From an uncultured Chloroflexia bacterium (GTDB lineage: Bacteria; Chloroflexota; Limnocylindria; Limnocylindrales; CSP1-4), in contig CAVTHS010000003.1 in the NCBI GenBank assembly GCA_963734535.1, forward strand, positions 192,001 through 256,000: DNA of 64,000 nucleotides, read 5' to 3'. The position numbers and the translations under genes are program-made. Every line of letters begins with the position of its first letter. Positions within the stretch are counted from its first letter, which is position 1. Shown here piece after piece: positions 21,907 through 31,556 of this stretch. Under the pieces are notes generated by a model. That model worked only from the letters and a program-made list of their open reading frames with translations. It was not told where the DNA came from and did no database searches.

Positions 21907-23615
21907 ACGAGCATCGGCTCCCCGACGGCCCCGACCAGGACATGCCGGCCGCGGCGCAGGACCTGACCGCACGCCTCGCGGCCGCGGAACCGCAGGGGTC
22001 GAAGCCGCTCGCTGGACTCGTCGAGCGGCTCCGGGCGGCCGGCCGCCTGCGCGCCGTGATCGGAGCGGACGGGCTGGCTTGCTCGGCGACGGACGCGCCC
22101 GTGGGTGGCGTCGCCGTCACCGGGATCGCCTACGACTCGCGGCGGGTCGTGCCCGACAGCTGCTTCGTGGCCGTGCCCGGCTCGCACGTGGACGGGCACG
22201 CGTTCGTCGACGCCGCCGTCGCGGCCGGGGCAGGCGTGCTCGTCCTCGAGCAGGCGCGACCCGCCGGCGACCTGGCCGGGGCGATCCAGCTCGTCGTCGA
22301 CCGGAGCCAGCTCGCCCTCGCGACCGTGGCCGCCTGGTGGTACGCGGACCCTGCCGCGACGCTCGGCGTCATCGGGATCACCGGGACCGATGGCAAGACC
22401 ACGACGGCCGCGATGGCCGTTGCGGCCCTCGAGGCCGCCGGCGTCCGGACCGGCCTCGTGAGCACGGCCGAGCAGAAGATCGGCAGCACGCGAGCGGGCT
22501 CGCGTGCCCACGTCACGACGCCCGAGGCGCCCGAGCTCCAGCGCGCCCTGCGCGCGATCCACGCCGCCGGCGACGTCGCGGCCGTCGTGGAGTCCACCTC
22601 GCACGGCCTCGCGCTCGAGCGGGTCGGGGAGATCGCGTTCGACGTCGCGATCCTGACCAACCTGAGCCACGAGCACCTCGAGTTCCACGGGACCTTCGAG
22701 GCATATCGGGCGGCGAAGCGGTCGCTCTTCGAGCGGCTCGGCGCTGAGGGTGCCGGCGGGACGGGCCGGCGCGACAAGCCCGCTTCGCTGCCCGGCAGCC
22801 GCCCATGGCCCCGCGGTGGGATCGTCAACGCCGATGACCCGGAGGCCGACGTCTTCGTGGCCGCGACGAGGAACGCGGGCGCGACCCTGCTGCGGTATGG
22901 CGTCGCGCCTCGGGCCGACGTCCGGGCGTCGGACATCTCTGTCAGGGACGGCGGCCTCGTCGCGACCGTCACGACGCCGCGAAGCTCGCGGACGCTCCGG
23001 ATCCCGCTCCTCGGCCGCTTCAACGTTCACAACGCGCTGGCGGTGGTCGCGCTCGGCGAGCTGCTCGAGCTGGATGCGGAGCTGGTGCTCGCGGGCCTCG
23101 CCGGGTTCGGCGGCGTTCGCGGCCGCATGGAACGGATCGACCGCGGCCAGCCGTTCGTCCTCATCGTGGACTACGCGCACACGCCGGCCTCGCTCGCTGC
23201 GGTCCTCGACGACCTTGCCGGGCTGGTCGGGCCGGGCGGCGGGCGGATCGCGGTATTCGGCTCGGCGGGGGAGCGCGACGTCGCGAAGCGGGCGCTCCAG
23301 GGGCGGGTGGCCGGGGAGCGCTGCCGGCTCGTGATCGCGACCGACGAGGACCCTCGCGGCGAGGAACCGATCGCGATCCTCGAGCAGATCGCCGAAGGCG
23401 CCGAGGCAGCGGGCCTGCACCGCGGCGACGAGCTGCTCCTGATCCCGGACCGGCGGGCGGCCATCGCGGCGGCGATCGAGCAGGCGCGGCCCGGCGACGT
23501 CGTCCTCCTCGCGGGCAAGGGCCACGAGCGGAGCATCATCTACGCGGGGTCGGAGCTGGCGTGGGACGAGCGCCTCGTTGCCGAGGAATGCCTGGCCGCG
23601 GCGGGCTACGGATGA
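21903..23615 (+). CDS. murE: UDP-MurNAc-tripeptide synthetase
   Basis: YDSRRV, GITGTDGKTTT, TTPE, ESTSHGL, TNLSHEHLEFH, DYAHTP, DEDPR, AGKGHE. Confidence 0.95.
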   Translation: MNEHRLPDGPDQDMPAAAQDLTARLAAAEPQGSKPLAGLVERLRAAGRLRAVIGADGLACSATDAPVGGVAVTGIAYDSRRVVPDSCFVAVPGSHVDGHAFVDAAVAAGAGVLVLEQARPAGDLAGAIQLVVDRSQLALATVAAWWYADPAATLGVIGITGTDGKTTTAAMAVAALEAAGVRTGLVSTAEQKIGSTRAGSRAHVTTPEAPELQRALRAIHAAGDVAAVVESTSHGLALERVGEIAFDVAILTNLSHEHLEFHGTFEAYRAAKRSLFERLGAEGAGGTGRRDKPASLPGSRPWPRGGIVNADDPEADVFVAATRNAGATLLRYGVAPRADVRASDISVRDGGLVATVTTPRSSRTLRIPLLGRFNVHNALAVVALGELLELDAELVLAGLAGFGGVRGRMERIDRGQPFVLIVDYAHTPASLAAVLDDLAGLVGPGGGRIAVFGSAGERDVAKRALQGRVAGERCRLVIATDEDPRGEEPIAILEQIAEGAEAAGLHRGDELLLIPDRRAAIAAAIEQARPGDVVLLAGKGHERSIIYAGSELAWDERLVAEECLAAAGYG

Positions 23616-23758
23616 CACCGCGCTCGGCGTGACCTGACCGAGCCCTGGACCCGGCGCGAGCTCGCCAGTGCGGGTGAGGCGCTCACGGAAACGACGCGGC
23701 ACGCTCACCGGGTTGCGCACCGGGTCGCCAAAACGGCCCTGCTATCCTTGCGCGACCC

Positions 23759-25990
23759 ATGTCCGTCGAACAGGTCCCCGCCGATACCGCGCCGCGCACG
23801 CCGCGGGCCCGCAGGGCTGCGTCGAGCCTGACCCGCGGCGCCGCCGACGAGATGTCCCTGCCGGTGCTTCGCGCCGCGCTCATCGCCGAGGTCGCGATCC
23901 ACCATCCGCAGGCCGATCTCGGCCCGATCGAGCGCGCGTTCGACTTTGCGGTTGCGGCCCACGGCGACCAGCGCCGCGCGACGGGCGAGGCCTACGTGAC
24001 GCACCCGATCGCCGCCGCCCGCACGCTCGCCGAGATGGCCCTCGACCCGGCCTCGATCCAGGCGGCGCTGCTCCACGACGTGCCGGAGGACACGGACCAG
24101 TCGCTGACCGACATCGAGGAGCATTTCGGGGCCGAGGTCGCCCACCTGGTGGACGGCGTCACGAAGCTCTCCAAGTTCTCGACGCATTCCCACGAGGAGC
24201 AGCAGGCGGAGAACATCCGCAAGATGCTCCTCGCGATGGCCCAGGACATCCGGGTCGTCCTGATCAAGCTGGCAGATCGCCTCCACAACATGCGGACCCT
24301 GTCCGGTCTGCCCGCCGACAAGCAGCTCCGGATCGCCCGCCAGACGATGGAGATCTACGCCCCGCTCGCGGAGCGGCTCGGGATCTGGCAGATCAAGTGG
24401 GAGCTCGAGGACCTCGCGTTCAAGCACCTCGATCCGGAGCGGTACCGGGAGCTGGCGGCCAACCTCGACACCCGCCGCGGCCATCGCGAGAGCTACATCG
24501 AGCGGGCCATCGCGGTCCTCCAGCCGGAGCTCGAGCGCCACGGGATCGAAGGCGACCTCAACGGCCGCCCGAAGCACCTCTTCTCCATCTGGAAGAAGAT
24601 GCAGCGCAAGTCGGCCGCCTTCGGCGAGATCTACGACGTCTACGCGATCCGCCTCCTCGTCGACGAGGTCCGGGACTGCTACGCGGCGCTCGGCGTGGTC
24701 CACAGCCTCTGGAAGCCGATCCCGGGCCAGTTCGACGACTACATCGCGGTCCCCAAGCCGAACGGCTACCAGAGCCTGCATACCGCCGTGATCGCGCTCG
24801 ACGGCAAGCCCCTCGAGATCCAGATCCGGACGCACGCCATGCACTCCGTCAGCGAGGTGGGCATCGCGGCCCACTGGCGCTACAAGGAGGGCTCGAAGGC
24901 CGAGCGCGACTACGATGCGAAGCTGGCCTGGCTGCGCCAGCTGATGGACTGGCAGCGCGAGGTCACCGACGCGACCGAGTTCGTCGAGGGGATCAAGCTC
25001 GACATCTTCCAGGACCAGGTCTTCGTGTTCACGCCGAGGGGCGACATCAAGGACCTGCCGGCAAGCTCCACGCCGCTCGACTTCGCCTACCGGATCCACA
25101 CGGACGTCGGACATCGGACGATCGGCGCGAAGGTCAACAACCGGCTCGTCCCGCTCGACTACCGCCTCAAGAACGGCGACATCGTCGAGATCGTGACGAC
25201 CAAGGCCGAGCACGGCCCGTCCCGCGACTGGCTCTCGATCGTCCGGACCTCGCACGCCCGCGAGAAGATCCGCCAGTGGTTCAAGAAGAAGGACCGCGAC
25301 GAGAACATCACCCATGGGCGGGAGTCGCTCGAGCGGGAGCTGAAGCGGCTGGCCCGAACCACGATCGCGGCCGTCGGCCATGATCGACTCCTCGAGGCCG
25401 CGCGGCCGTACGGGCACGACACGCTCGACGACTTCTTCGCGGCGATCGGCTACGGCGCCGTGTCACCGCAGCAGGTCGTCATGCGGCTCGGCGTGGTCGA
25501 CGATGCCCAGCTGACGCTGCCGTCCATCGCCCCCACGCCCGTCCGGGCCGGCGGCGTCCGCGTCAAGGGCGTGGGCGACCTCCTCGTTCGCTTCGCCAAG
25601 TGCTGTCACCCGATCCCGGGCGACCCGATCGTCGGATTCATCACGCGCGGGCGCGGCATCACGGTGCACCTGGGCCGCTGCCCCACGGTGGTCAACGAGC
25701 GCGAGTCGGCGCGCCTGATCGAGGTCGAGTGGGAGACCGCTCCCGCGGAGACCTACCCGATCGCGATCCGGGTCGAGGCCCACGATCGGACCGGGCTCCT
25801 CAACGACATCGCGGGTGCCGTCGCCGAGAGCAAGGTGAACATCGTGGCGGCGAACGTCGCGGTCAGCCAGGACCACACGGCGACCGTCATGGCCACCCTC
25901 CAGGTGGCGTCGGTCTCGCAGCTTGCCCGCGTCATCAGCCGCATCGAGCGGGTCAAGGACGTGCTCTCGGTCCAGCGCGACCTGGGGTAG
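23759..25990 (+). CDS. rel: Bifunctional (p)ppGpp synthetase/hydrolase Rel
   Basis: LLHD, KLADRLHNMRTL, GRPKH, EIQIRT, TGS domain, CCHPIPGD, ACT domain. Confidence 0.97.
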   Translation: MSVEQVPADTAPRTPRARRAASSLTRGAADEMSLPVLRAALIAEVAIHHPQADLGPIERAFDFAVAAHGDQRRATGEAYVTHPIAAARTLAEMALDPASIQAALLHDVPEDTDQSLTDIEEHFGAEVAHLVDGVTKLSKFSTHSHEEQQAENIRKMLLAMAQDIRVVLIKLADRLHNMRTLSGLPADKQLRIARQTMEIYAPLAERLGIWQIKWELEDLAFKHLDPERYRELAANLDTRRGHRESYIERAIAVLQPELERHGIEGDLNGRPKHLFSIWKKMQRKSAAFGEIYDVYAIRLLVDEVRDCYAALGVVHSLWKPIPGQFDDYIAVPKPNGYQSLHTAVIALDGKPLEIQIRTHAMHSVSEVGIAAHWRYKEGSKAERDYDAKLAWLRQLMDWQREVTDATEFVEGIKLDIFQDQVFVFTPRGDIKDLPASSTPLDFAYRIHTDVGHRTIGAKVNNRLVPLDYRLKNGDIVEIVTTKAEHGPSRDWLSIVRTSHAREKIRQWFKKKDRDENITHGRESLERELKRLARTTIAAVGHDRLLEAARPYGHDTLDDFFAAIGYGAVSPQQVVMRLGVVDDAQLTLPSIAPTPVRAGGVRVKGVGDLLVRFAKCCHPIPGDPIVGFITRGRGITVHLGRCPTVVNERESARLIEVEWETAPAETYPIAIRVEAHDRTGLLNDIAGAVAESKVNIVAANVAVSQDHTATVMATLQVASVSQLARVISRIERVKDVLSVQRDLG

Positions 25991-26035
25991 GGGAGGCGCG
26001 GCGAATCCGCGCTCGTCGCCCGCTAGACTGGCGCC

Positions 26036-27329
26036 ATGCCGCCATCCCTGCGGGCCCCCCGGGGCACCCGCGACCTGCTGCCCGACGAGCGGGCCGCGTT
26101 CGCGCGCGTGGAGCGGATCGCCCGCGACCTGGCGGCCCGCTACGGCTACCGCGACATGGAGACACCGCTGTTCGAGCAGGCCGTCGATCTTCGAGCGCGG
26201 CATCGGCGCCGCCACGGACGTGGTCGAGAAGGAGCTGTTCCGCGTCTCACCGAGTCGCGGGGACGAGCGGGAGGCCTGGGCGCTCCGCCCCGAGGCGACT
26301 GCCGGGATCTGCCGTGCCTACGTGGAGCACGGGATGCAGACCTGGCCGCAGCCGGTGCGCCTCAGCCTGACTGGCCCGATGTTCCGCTACGACCGGCCCC
26401 AGGCGGGCCGCTACCGCCAGTTCTGGCAGTGGGACGTCGAGGCGATCGGCGACGCGGGACCGGCGGTCGACGCAGAGCTGGTGGAGCTCGGCGCGCGCTT
26501 CTACCGTGACGCCGGGCTGCCGGACGTGGAGATCCTCCTCAACTCGATCGGCGACGCGGCCTGCCGGCCGGCGTACCTTGCCCGCCTGGTGGCCCACTAC
26601 CGCGCGGACGGCGTCCACCTGCCGGAGCTGGAGCGACGCCGCCTCGAGACGAACCCCCTGCGGCTGCTCGACTCGAAGGATCCGGCGATGGCCGAGGTCA
26701 ACGCCGCCGCGCCGCGCATCACCGACCATCTCTGCCCCGCGTGCGCGGAGCACTTCGCGGCCGTCCGCGCGCACCTCGACGCGATGGGCATCACCTACCG
26801 CGTCGAGCCCGGGCTCGTTCGAGGGCTCGACTACTACGTCAGGACCGCGTTCGAGTTCTATCGCCGCGGCGAGGAGGGCCAGCAGCAGGCACTCGGTGGC
26901 GGCGGCCGCTACGACGGCCTGATCGAGCTGCTGGGCGGCAAGCCGACCGCGGGCATCGGCTTCGCGCTCGGGCTCGACCGGGTCGTCATCGCGCTCGCAG
27001 CCGCCGGCATGGGCGCCCCGTCCGAGGCGGTACCCGTCGCGGTCGTCGTCGGCGCGGACCCGGGCAACACGCTGGATCGGCTCCGGATCGCGACGGACCT
27101 GCGTGGCGCGGGGCTGCCCGTGCGGGCGGATCTCGCCGTGCGCAAGCTCGGCCGCCAGCTCGAGGCCGCGGTCCGGGAGGGCGCCCAGTTCGCGGTGATC
27201 CTCGGCGACGAGCTCGCCGCCGGCGAGGTCCAGCTGCGCGACCTCGACGGCGGGTCACAGAAGCCCGTCGCGCTCGCGGACCTCACCGCACTGCTCCGGC
27301 GCAAGGTCCGGGCCCCGGGGGGGTCGTGA
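26036..27329 (+). CDS. hisS: Histidyl-tRNA synthetase, 1-bp frameshift near 26181
   Basis: PRGTRD...ETPLFE then shifted frame LRPEATAG, FRYDRPQAGRYRQF, LVRGLDYY, GGGRYD. Confidence 0.95.
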
Positions 27330-28009
27330 CCGGGCCGCTCGGCGCAACGGTCGGATCCATCGCGGTCGGCGTGGAGTCCACCCCGAAGCGGGTCTTCGCG
27401 TCCGCGCTCGAGTGGCCCGGATGGACCCGCGCCGGGCGCGACGAGCCTGCGGCGCTCGCCGCCCTGGCCGCGAGCGGCGAGCGGTACGCGTCAGCCGCGC
27501 GGGAGGCGGGGATCCCCTTCGCGCCGGTCACTCCGGGCCAGCTCGAGGTCGTGGAGCACCTGCCGGGCACGCCCACGACGGTCTTCGGCGCTCCCGACGT
27601 GGTGTTCGCCCTGGATGGCCGCCCGACCGATGCGGCGGACGGGGAGCGCCTCGCGGCGCTCGTGCGAGGCGCGTGGACGATCCTCGAGCGGGTCGTCGCG
27701 TCCGCGCCCGCCGAGCTCCGGAAGGGACCTCGCGGCGGCGGGCGCGACCGGGACGCGATCGCCGCCCACGTCGTCGCCGCGGAGAACGCTTACGCGAGAC
27801 GGGTCGGCCTTCGGCTTGCGGGGCCCGACGCCGGGGACGCGAGCGCCGTGGCCGGCGTCCGCGCCGCGCTCGCGGACGTCCTGGCACGCGCCACCGATGG
27901 CGGTCCGATCGCCGGCGGCCGCTGGCCCGCCCGGTACGCGGCCCGGCGCATCGCGTGGCACGTCCTGGACCACGCCTGGGAGATCGAGGACCGCGCCGAG
28001 CCGGGCTGA
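27326..28009 (+). CDS. Conserved hypothetical, possible HicB-like N-terminus and DinB-like helical C-terminus
   Basis: GTGA overlap; VFASALEWPGW; RDRDAIAAHV..AE; RRIAWHVLDHAWEIEDR. Confidence 0.7.
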   Translation: MTGPLGATVGSIAVGVESTPKRVFASALEWPGWTRAGRDEPAALAALAASGERYASAAREAGIPFAPVTPGQLEVVEHLPGTPTTVFGAPDVVFALDGRPTDAADGERLAALVRGAWTILERVVASAPAELRKGPRGGGRDRDAIAAHVVAAENAYARRVGLRLAGPDAGDASAVAGVRAALADVLARATDGGPIAGGRWPARYAARRIAWHVLDHAWEIEDRAEPG

Positions 28010-28103
28010 ATCGCCCGGCGATCGGCCTGCGGTTGACGCGTCTCGGACAATCGATGGATCCGGGCCCCGTTCCAGGCGCCCGTGACCGGCACCGGGGGGA
28101 GCG

Positions 28104-28379
28104 ATGATCGGCCACACGACATTCCCGGCCAGCGTGATCCGCGCGCCGTCGCCGTCGGCGACCTGCACCTGCGAGCACTGGATCCACTGCGACCACGCCT
28201 GTCACGGTCGCAACTGCGACCCGACCGAGAACGCCTGTGACCTCGCGTTCGTGCCGGACGAGGGCGGACTGACCCGCTGGGGCTGTGCCGACTGCACGCC
28301 CGGGGAGGGCCACCCGCACTACCTGGGCTGCGAGCTCATCGGCTGGAGCGTGCCGACCCGGGGACCTGCCCTCGGCTGA
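28104..28379 (+). CDS. Small Cys/His-rich protein
   Basis: 91 aa with 9 Cys and 7 His; GGGGGAG RBS; strong GC3 bias. Confidence 0.7.
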   Translation: MIGHTTFPASVIRAPSPSATCTCEHWIHCDHACHGRNCDPTENACDLAFVPDEGGLTRWGCADCTPGEGHPHYLGCELIGWSVPTRGPALG

Positions 28380-28495
28380 CCCTGACGAGCCGGACCGGAG
28401 GCGACGGGCGTCGCCGGCCGGTCAACTCGACGCGAGCTGACTGCCCGCCCGGAGGGCAGTCCGGCCCGGGTCGGCGCCGCGCTACGATTGCCGGC

Positions 28496-30349
28496 ATGAC
28501 GAACCTTGCCACCCCATACCGAACCCACACCTGCGGCGCGCTCCGCGGGGACGACGCGGGCGCCGACGCCCGCCTTGCGGGCTGGGTGCACCGCCGCCGC
28601 GACCACGGCCAGCTGATCTTCCTCGACCTTCGGGACCGGCACGGGATCACGCAGGTCGTGATCGATGCGACGGAGGCGCCCGACGCGCATGCGGCCGCCA
28701 TGCGCTGCCGCAGCGAGTTCGTGGTGATGGTCGCGGGGTCGGTCATGCGCCGGCTGTCCGGGATGGAGAACGGGAAGCTTCCCACCGGTGAGATCGAGCT
28801 CCGTGCGCGGGAGCTGACGGTCCTCTCGGAGGCGAAGACCCCGCCGTTCTACATCAACGAGCCGGACGCGCCGGTCGACGAGTCCGTGCGTCTCCAGTAT
28901 CGGTACCTGGACATCCGCAGGGAGCCGATGCTCCGCCGGCTTCTCCTCCGCAGCCGCCTGGTCGAGGAGATCCGCCTGGCCCATCACGCCAACGGGTTCG
29001 TCGAGGTCGAGACGCCGATCCTCATCAAGAGCACGCCGGAGGGTGCCCGCGACTTCATCGTGCCTTCCCGGCTCCAGCCCGGCAGCGTCTACGCGCTTCC
29101 GCAGAGCCCGCAGCAGCTCAAGCAGCTGCTGATGGTCGCCGGCATGGACCGCTACTTCCAGATCGCTCGATGCTTTCGCGACGAGGACCTGCGTGGCGAC
29201 CGGCAGCCGGAGTTCACCCAGCTCGACCTGGAGATGAGCTTCGTCACCGAGGAGACGGTGATGGGGTTCGTCGAGGAGATGGCGATCGAGGTCTCGCTGG
29301 CCGTGACGCCCGAGCGCCCGCTCCTCCAGGTGCCGTTCCCGCGTTTCACGTACGCGGAGGCGCAGGAGCGCTTCGGCTCGGACAAGCCCGACCTCCGGTT
29401 CGGCATGGAGCTGGTCGACCTCGCGCCGGGGCTCGTCGACGCGACCGGCACACCGGCCTCCGGCTTCCGCGTCTTCGACGAGACCCTCGCCGGCGGCGGA
29501 CGCGTCAAGGGAATCGCCGTGCCGGGCATGGGCGATGCCAGCCGCGCCCGGATCGACGAGCTGACCGAGGCCGCGAAGCGTTTCGGCGCGCGGGGGCTCG
29601 TCACGCTCGGCGTGACCGGACAGGGGATCCATGGCCCGGCCGTCAAGTTCCTCGGCGACGAACGCGCCGCGGAGCTCGCTGCCCGCTGTGGCGCCGCCGT
29701 GGGCGACCTCGTCGCGATCGTCGCCGATCGGCCGGGCGTGGTTGCCGACGTCCTCGGTCGCCTGCGGGCCGAGCTCGGCACGCGGCTGGGCCTCGCGGAT
29801 CCGACGGTGCTCGCCTACTGCTGGGTCAACCGCTTCCCGATGTACGAGTGGGATTCCGAGCGCAACGGCTGGCACGCGACCCACAACCCGTTCTCGGGCG
29901 TGGTCCCGGAGGACGAGCCGCTCCTCGTCACCGCCTCCGGCGACCCCGAGCGCCCGTCCCACGAGGACCCGGCCGGTCGCGCCCGGGCGATGCAGTACGA
30001 CCTCGTCCTCAACGGGTGGGAGCTCGGGGGCGGGTCGGTCCGGATCCACCGGCGGGCGCTCCTCGAGCGGTCCTTCGCGCTCCAGGGCCACACGTTCGCC
30101 TCGATGCAGGAGAAGTTCGGGGGGATGCTCGAGGCGTTCGAGTACGGCGCGCCGCCGCACGGGGGCATCGCCATCGGGATCGATCGCTGGGCGGCGCTCA
30201 TGGCCGACCAGGCGACCATCCGCGAGGTGATGGCATTCCCGAAGACCTCGTCCGGCATGGACCTGATGCTCGACGCGCCGTCGGCCCCGGATCCGGGCCA
30301 GTACGCCGAGCTTGGGCTTCGCTACGTGGGGCCGACCGAGCGGGCCTGA
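28496..30349 (+). CDS. aspS: Aspartyl-tRNA synthetase
   Basis: YRTHTCG, GWVHRRRDHG, STPEGARDF, PQSPQ, CFRDED, PPHGGIA.GIDR. Confidence 0.98.
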   Translation: MTNLATPYRTHTCGALRGDDAGADARLAGWVHRRRDHGQLIFLDLRDRHGITQVVIDATEAPDAHAAAMRCRSEFVVMVAGSVMRRLSGMENGKLPTGEIELRARELTVLSEAKTPPFYINEPDAPVDESVRLQYRYLDIRREPMLRRLLLRSRLVEEIRLAHHANGFVEVETPILIKSTPEGARDFIVPSRLQPGSVYALPQSPQQLKQLLMVAGMDRYFQIARCFRDEDLRGDRQPEFTQLDLEMSFVTEETVMGFVEEMAIEVSLAVTPERPLLQVPFPRFTYAEAQERFGSDKPDLRFGMELVDLAPGLVDATGTPASGFRVFDETLAGGGRVKGIAVPGMGDASRARIDELTEAAKRFGARGLVTLGVTGQGIHGPAVKFLGDERAAELAARCGAAVGDLVAIVADRPGVVADVLGRLRAELGTRLGLADPTVLAYCWVNRFPMYEWDSERNGWHATHNPFSGVVPEDEPLLVTASGDPERPSHEDPAGRARAMQYDLVLNGWELGGGSVRIHRRALLERSFALQGHTFASMQEKFGGMLEAFEYGAPPHGGIAIGIDRWAALMADQATIREVMAFPKTSSGMDLMLDAPSAPDPGQYAELGLRYVGPTERA

Positions 30350-30425
30350 GCGCGCCGCCGCTTGTGCCCGGCGGGACAATGGACGCGGGGCACGGAGCAT
30401 GGACCAGCCGTTGCAGGAGGGCGCC

Positions 30426-30812
30426 ATGGGCACGCAGTTCGTCGTCCAGCTCGCGAACCGCCCGGGTGCGCTGGCGACGTTCTCCAGGGCGCTCGCCGAG
30501 CGGGGCGTGAGCATTCGCGAGATCTCGGGGGGCGGTGCCGGGGAGCACGGCTACGCCGTCCTGACCACGGACGACGACGCGGCGACGCGGGCCGTTCTGC
30601 GCTCGTTCGGCTACCCGTTCGTCGAGGGCGAGGCGCTCCTCGTCGAGGTCGACGACCAGCCGGGCGGCTTCGCCGCGACCACCGAGAAGCTCGCCGCGGC
30701 CGGCGTGGACATCCACGGGGTCCTGTTCCTCGGACGGCGCGAGGGAATCGTGGAGACCGCGTTCACCGTGGACGATGTCGGCCGCGCGCGGCGGGCGCTC
30801 GGCCTGGGCTGA
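30426..30812 (+). CDS. Tandem ACT-domain protein
   Basis: NRPGAL and DQPGGF ACT loops; AGGAGG RBS. Confidence 0.85.
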   Translation: MGTQFVVQLANRPGALATFSRALAERGVSIREISGGGAGEHGYAVLTTDDDAATRAVLRSFGYPFVEGEALLVEVDDQPGGFAATTEKLAAAGVDIHGVLFLGRREGIVETAFTVDDVGRARRALGLG

Positions 30813-30819
30813 GCCGGGG

Positions 30820-31494
30820 TCAGTCGCGGGTCACCGGCGGCTCGGGTGCCTGGTCCGGGCCCGAAGCGACCAGGGCGCCCCATTCGTGGCGGTGACCGGC
30901 CGGCGGCCCGGGCGGGCCGTCGAACGCCGGCAGCTCGTCGCGGGGCGTGTCCAGGCCGAGCACGATCCCGGGATCGCCCAGCTCGATGGTGCGCGAGGGA
31001 GCGGCGCCGGCCAGGGCGTCGGCGATCGCTGGCGGCATCCGGTCCGGCGCAAGCGCGCGGAGCGTCGGGAGCAGCGCGACCGGGACAAGGATCGGCCAGC
31101 CGGGCGTGCCGAGGTACGCCGGACGGAGAAGTGTCGTGCGGTCCGTGCCGTGTGCCTCGATGAGCGAGGTGACCGTCTCGGCATCCAGCCAGCCCATACG
31201 GGCCGGCCACACGAGGGCCGCCTCGGTGGCGTCGACCTCCGCCCGCGCGAGGTCGATCGCCCGCGCCATCTGGCCCGCGGGCCCCAGCTCGAGCGACGCG
31301 GGCGCCCCAAGGATCACGCTGGCACCGGCGAGGGCCGTGGCGACGGCGCCCGCCGGGTCCGGGACGACCACGACGACCGGGAACGCGCCGCCGGCCCAGG
31401 CCAGGTCGACGAGGCGGCGTACGTTCGGGGTCCCGTCCACGTCGCGCAGGGCGGACTCCGGTGAGGCGGCCAGGATGCACGCGGCGACGGTCAC
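30820..31494 (-). CDS. MobA/MocA-like NTP-transferase-fold protein (degenerate)
   Basis: ACILAA start, RPAY.G.PGWP, D.G...LDTP; TAGCAT 7 nt before GTG. Confidence 0.7.
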   Translation of the reverse strand: MTVAACILAASPESALRDVDGTPNVRRLVDLAWAGGAFPVVVVVPDPAGAVATALAGASVILGAPASLELGPAGQMARAIDLARAEVDATEAALVWPARMGWLDAETVTSLIEAHGTDRTTLLRPAYLGTPGWPILVPVALLPTLRALAPDRMPPAIADALAGAAPSRTIELGDPGIVLGLDTPRDELPAFDGPPGPPAGHRHEWGALVASGPDQAPEPPVTRD

Positions 31495-31556
31495 GCCGGG
31501 GATGCTAGCAGGCTCTCGAGAGCGCGCACGGCACCTGTGCGACAATCGAGCGGCCC

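Noticed and set aside
23616-23742. Possible ncRNA or CACCGGGT tandem site between murE and rel
   Set aside because: Only short GC-rich repeats and no recognisable RNA family signature
26170-26195. Programmed ribosomal frameshifting in hisS, comM or dprA
   Set aside because: No slippery heptamer or shared context; single-base insertions explain all cases
28382-28461. CTGACGAG resembling a hammerhead ribozyme core, and hairpins before aspS as a T-box
   Set aside because: No GAAA after the candidate stem II and no T-box consensus; aspS looks leaderless
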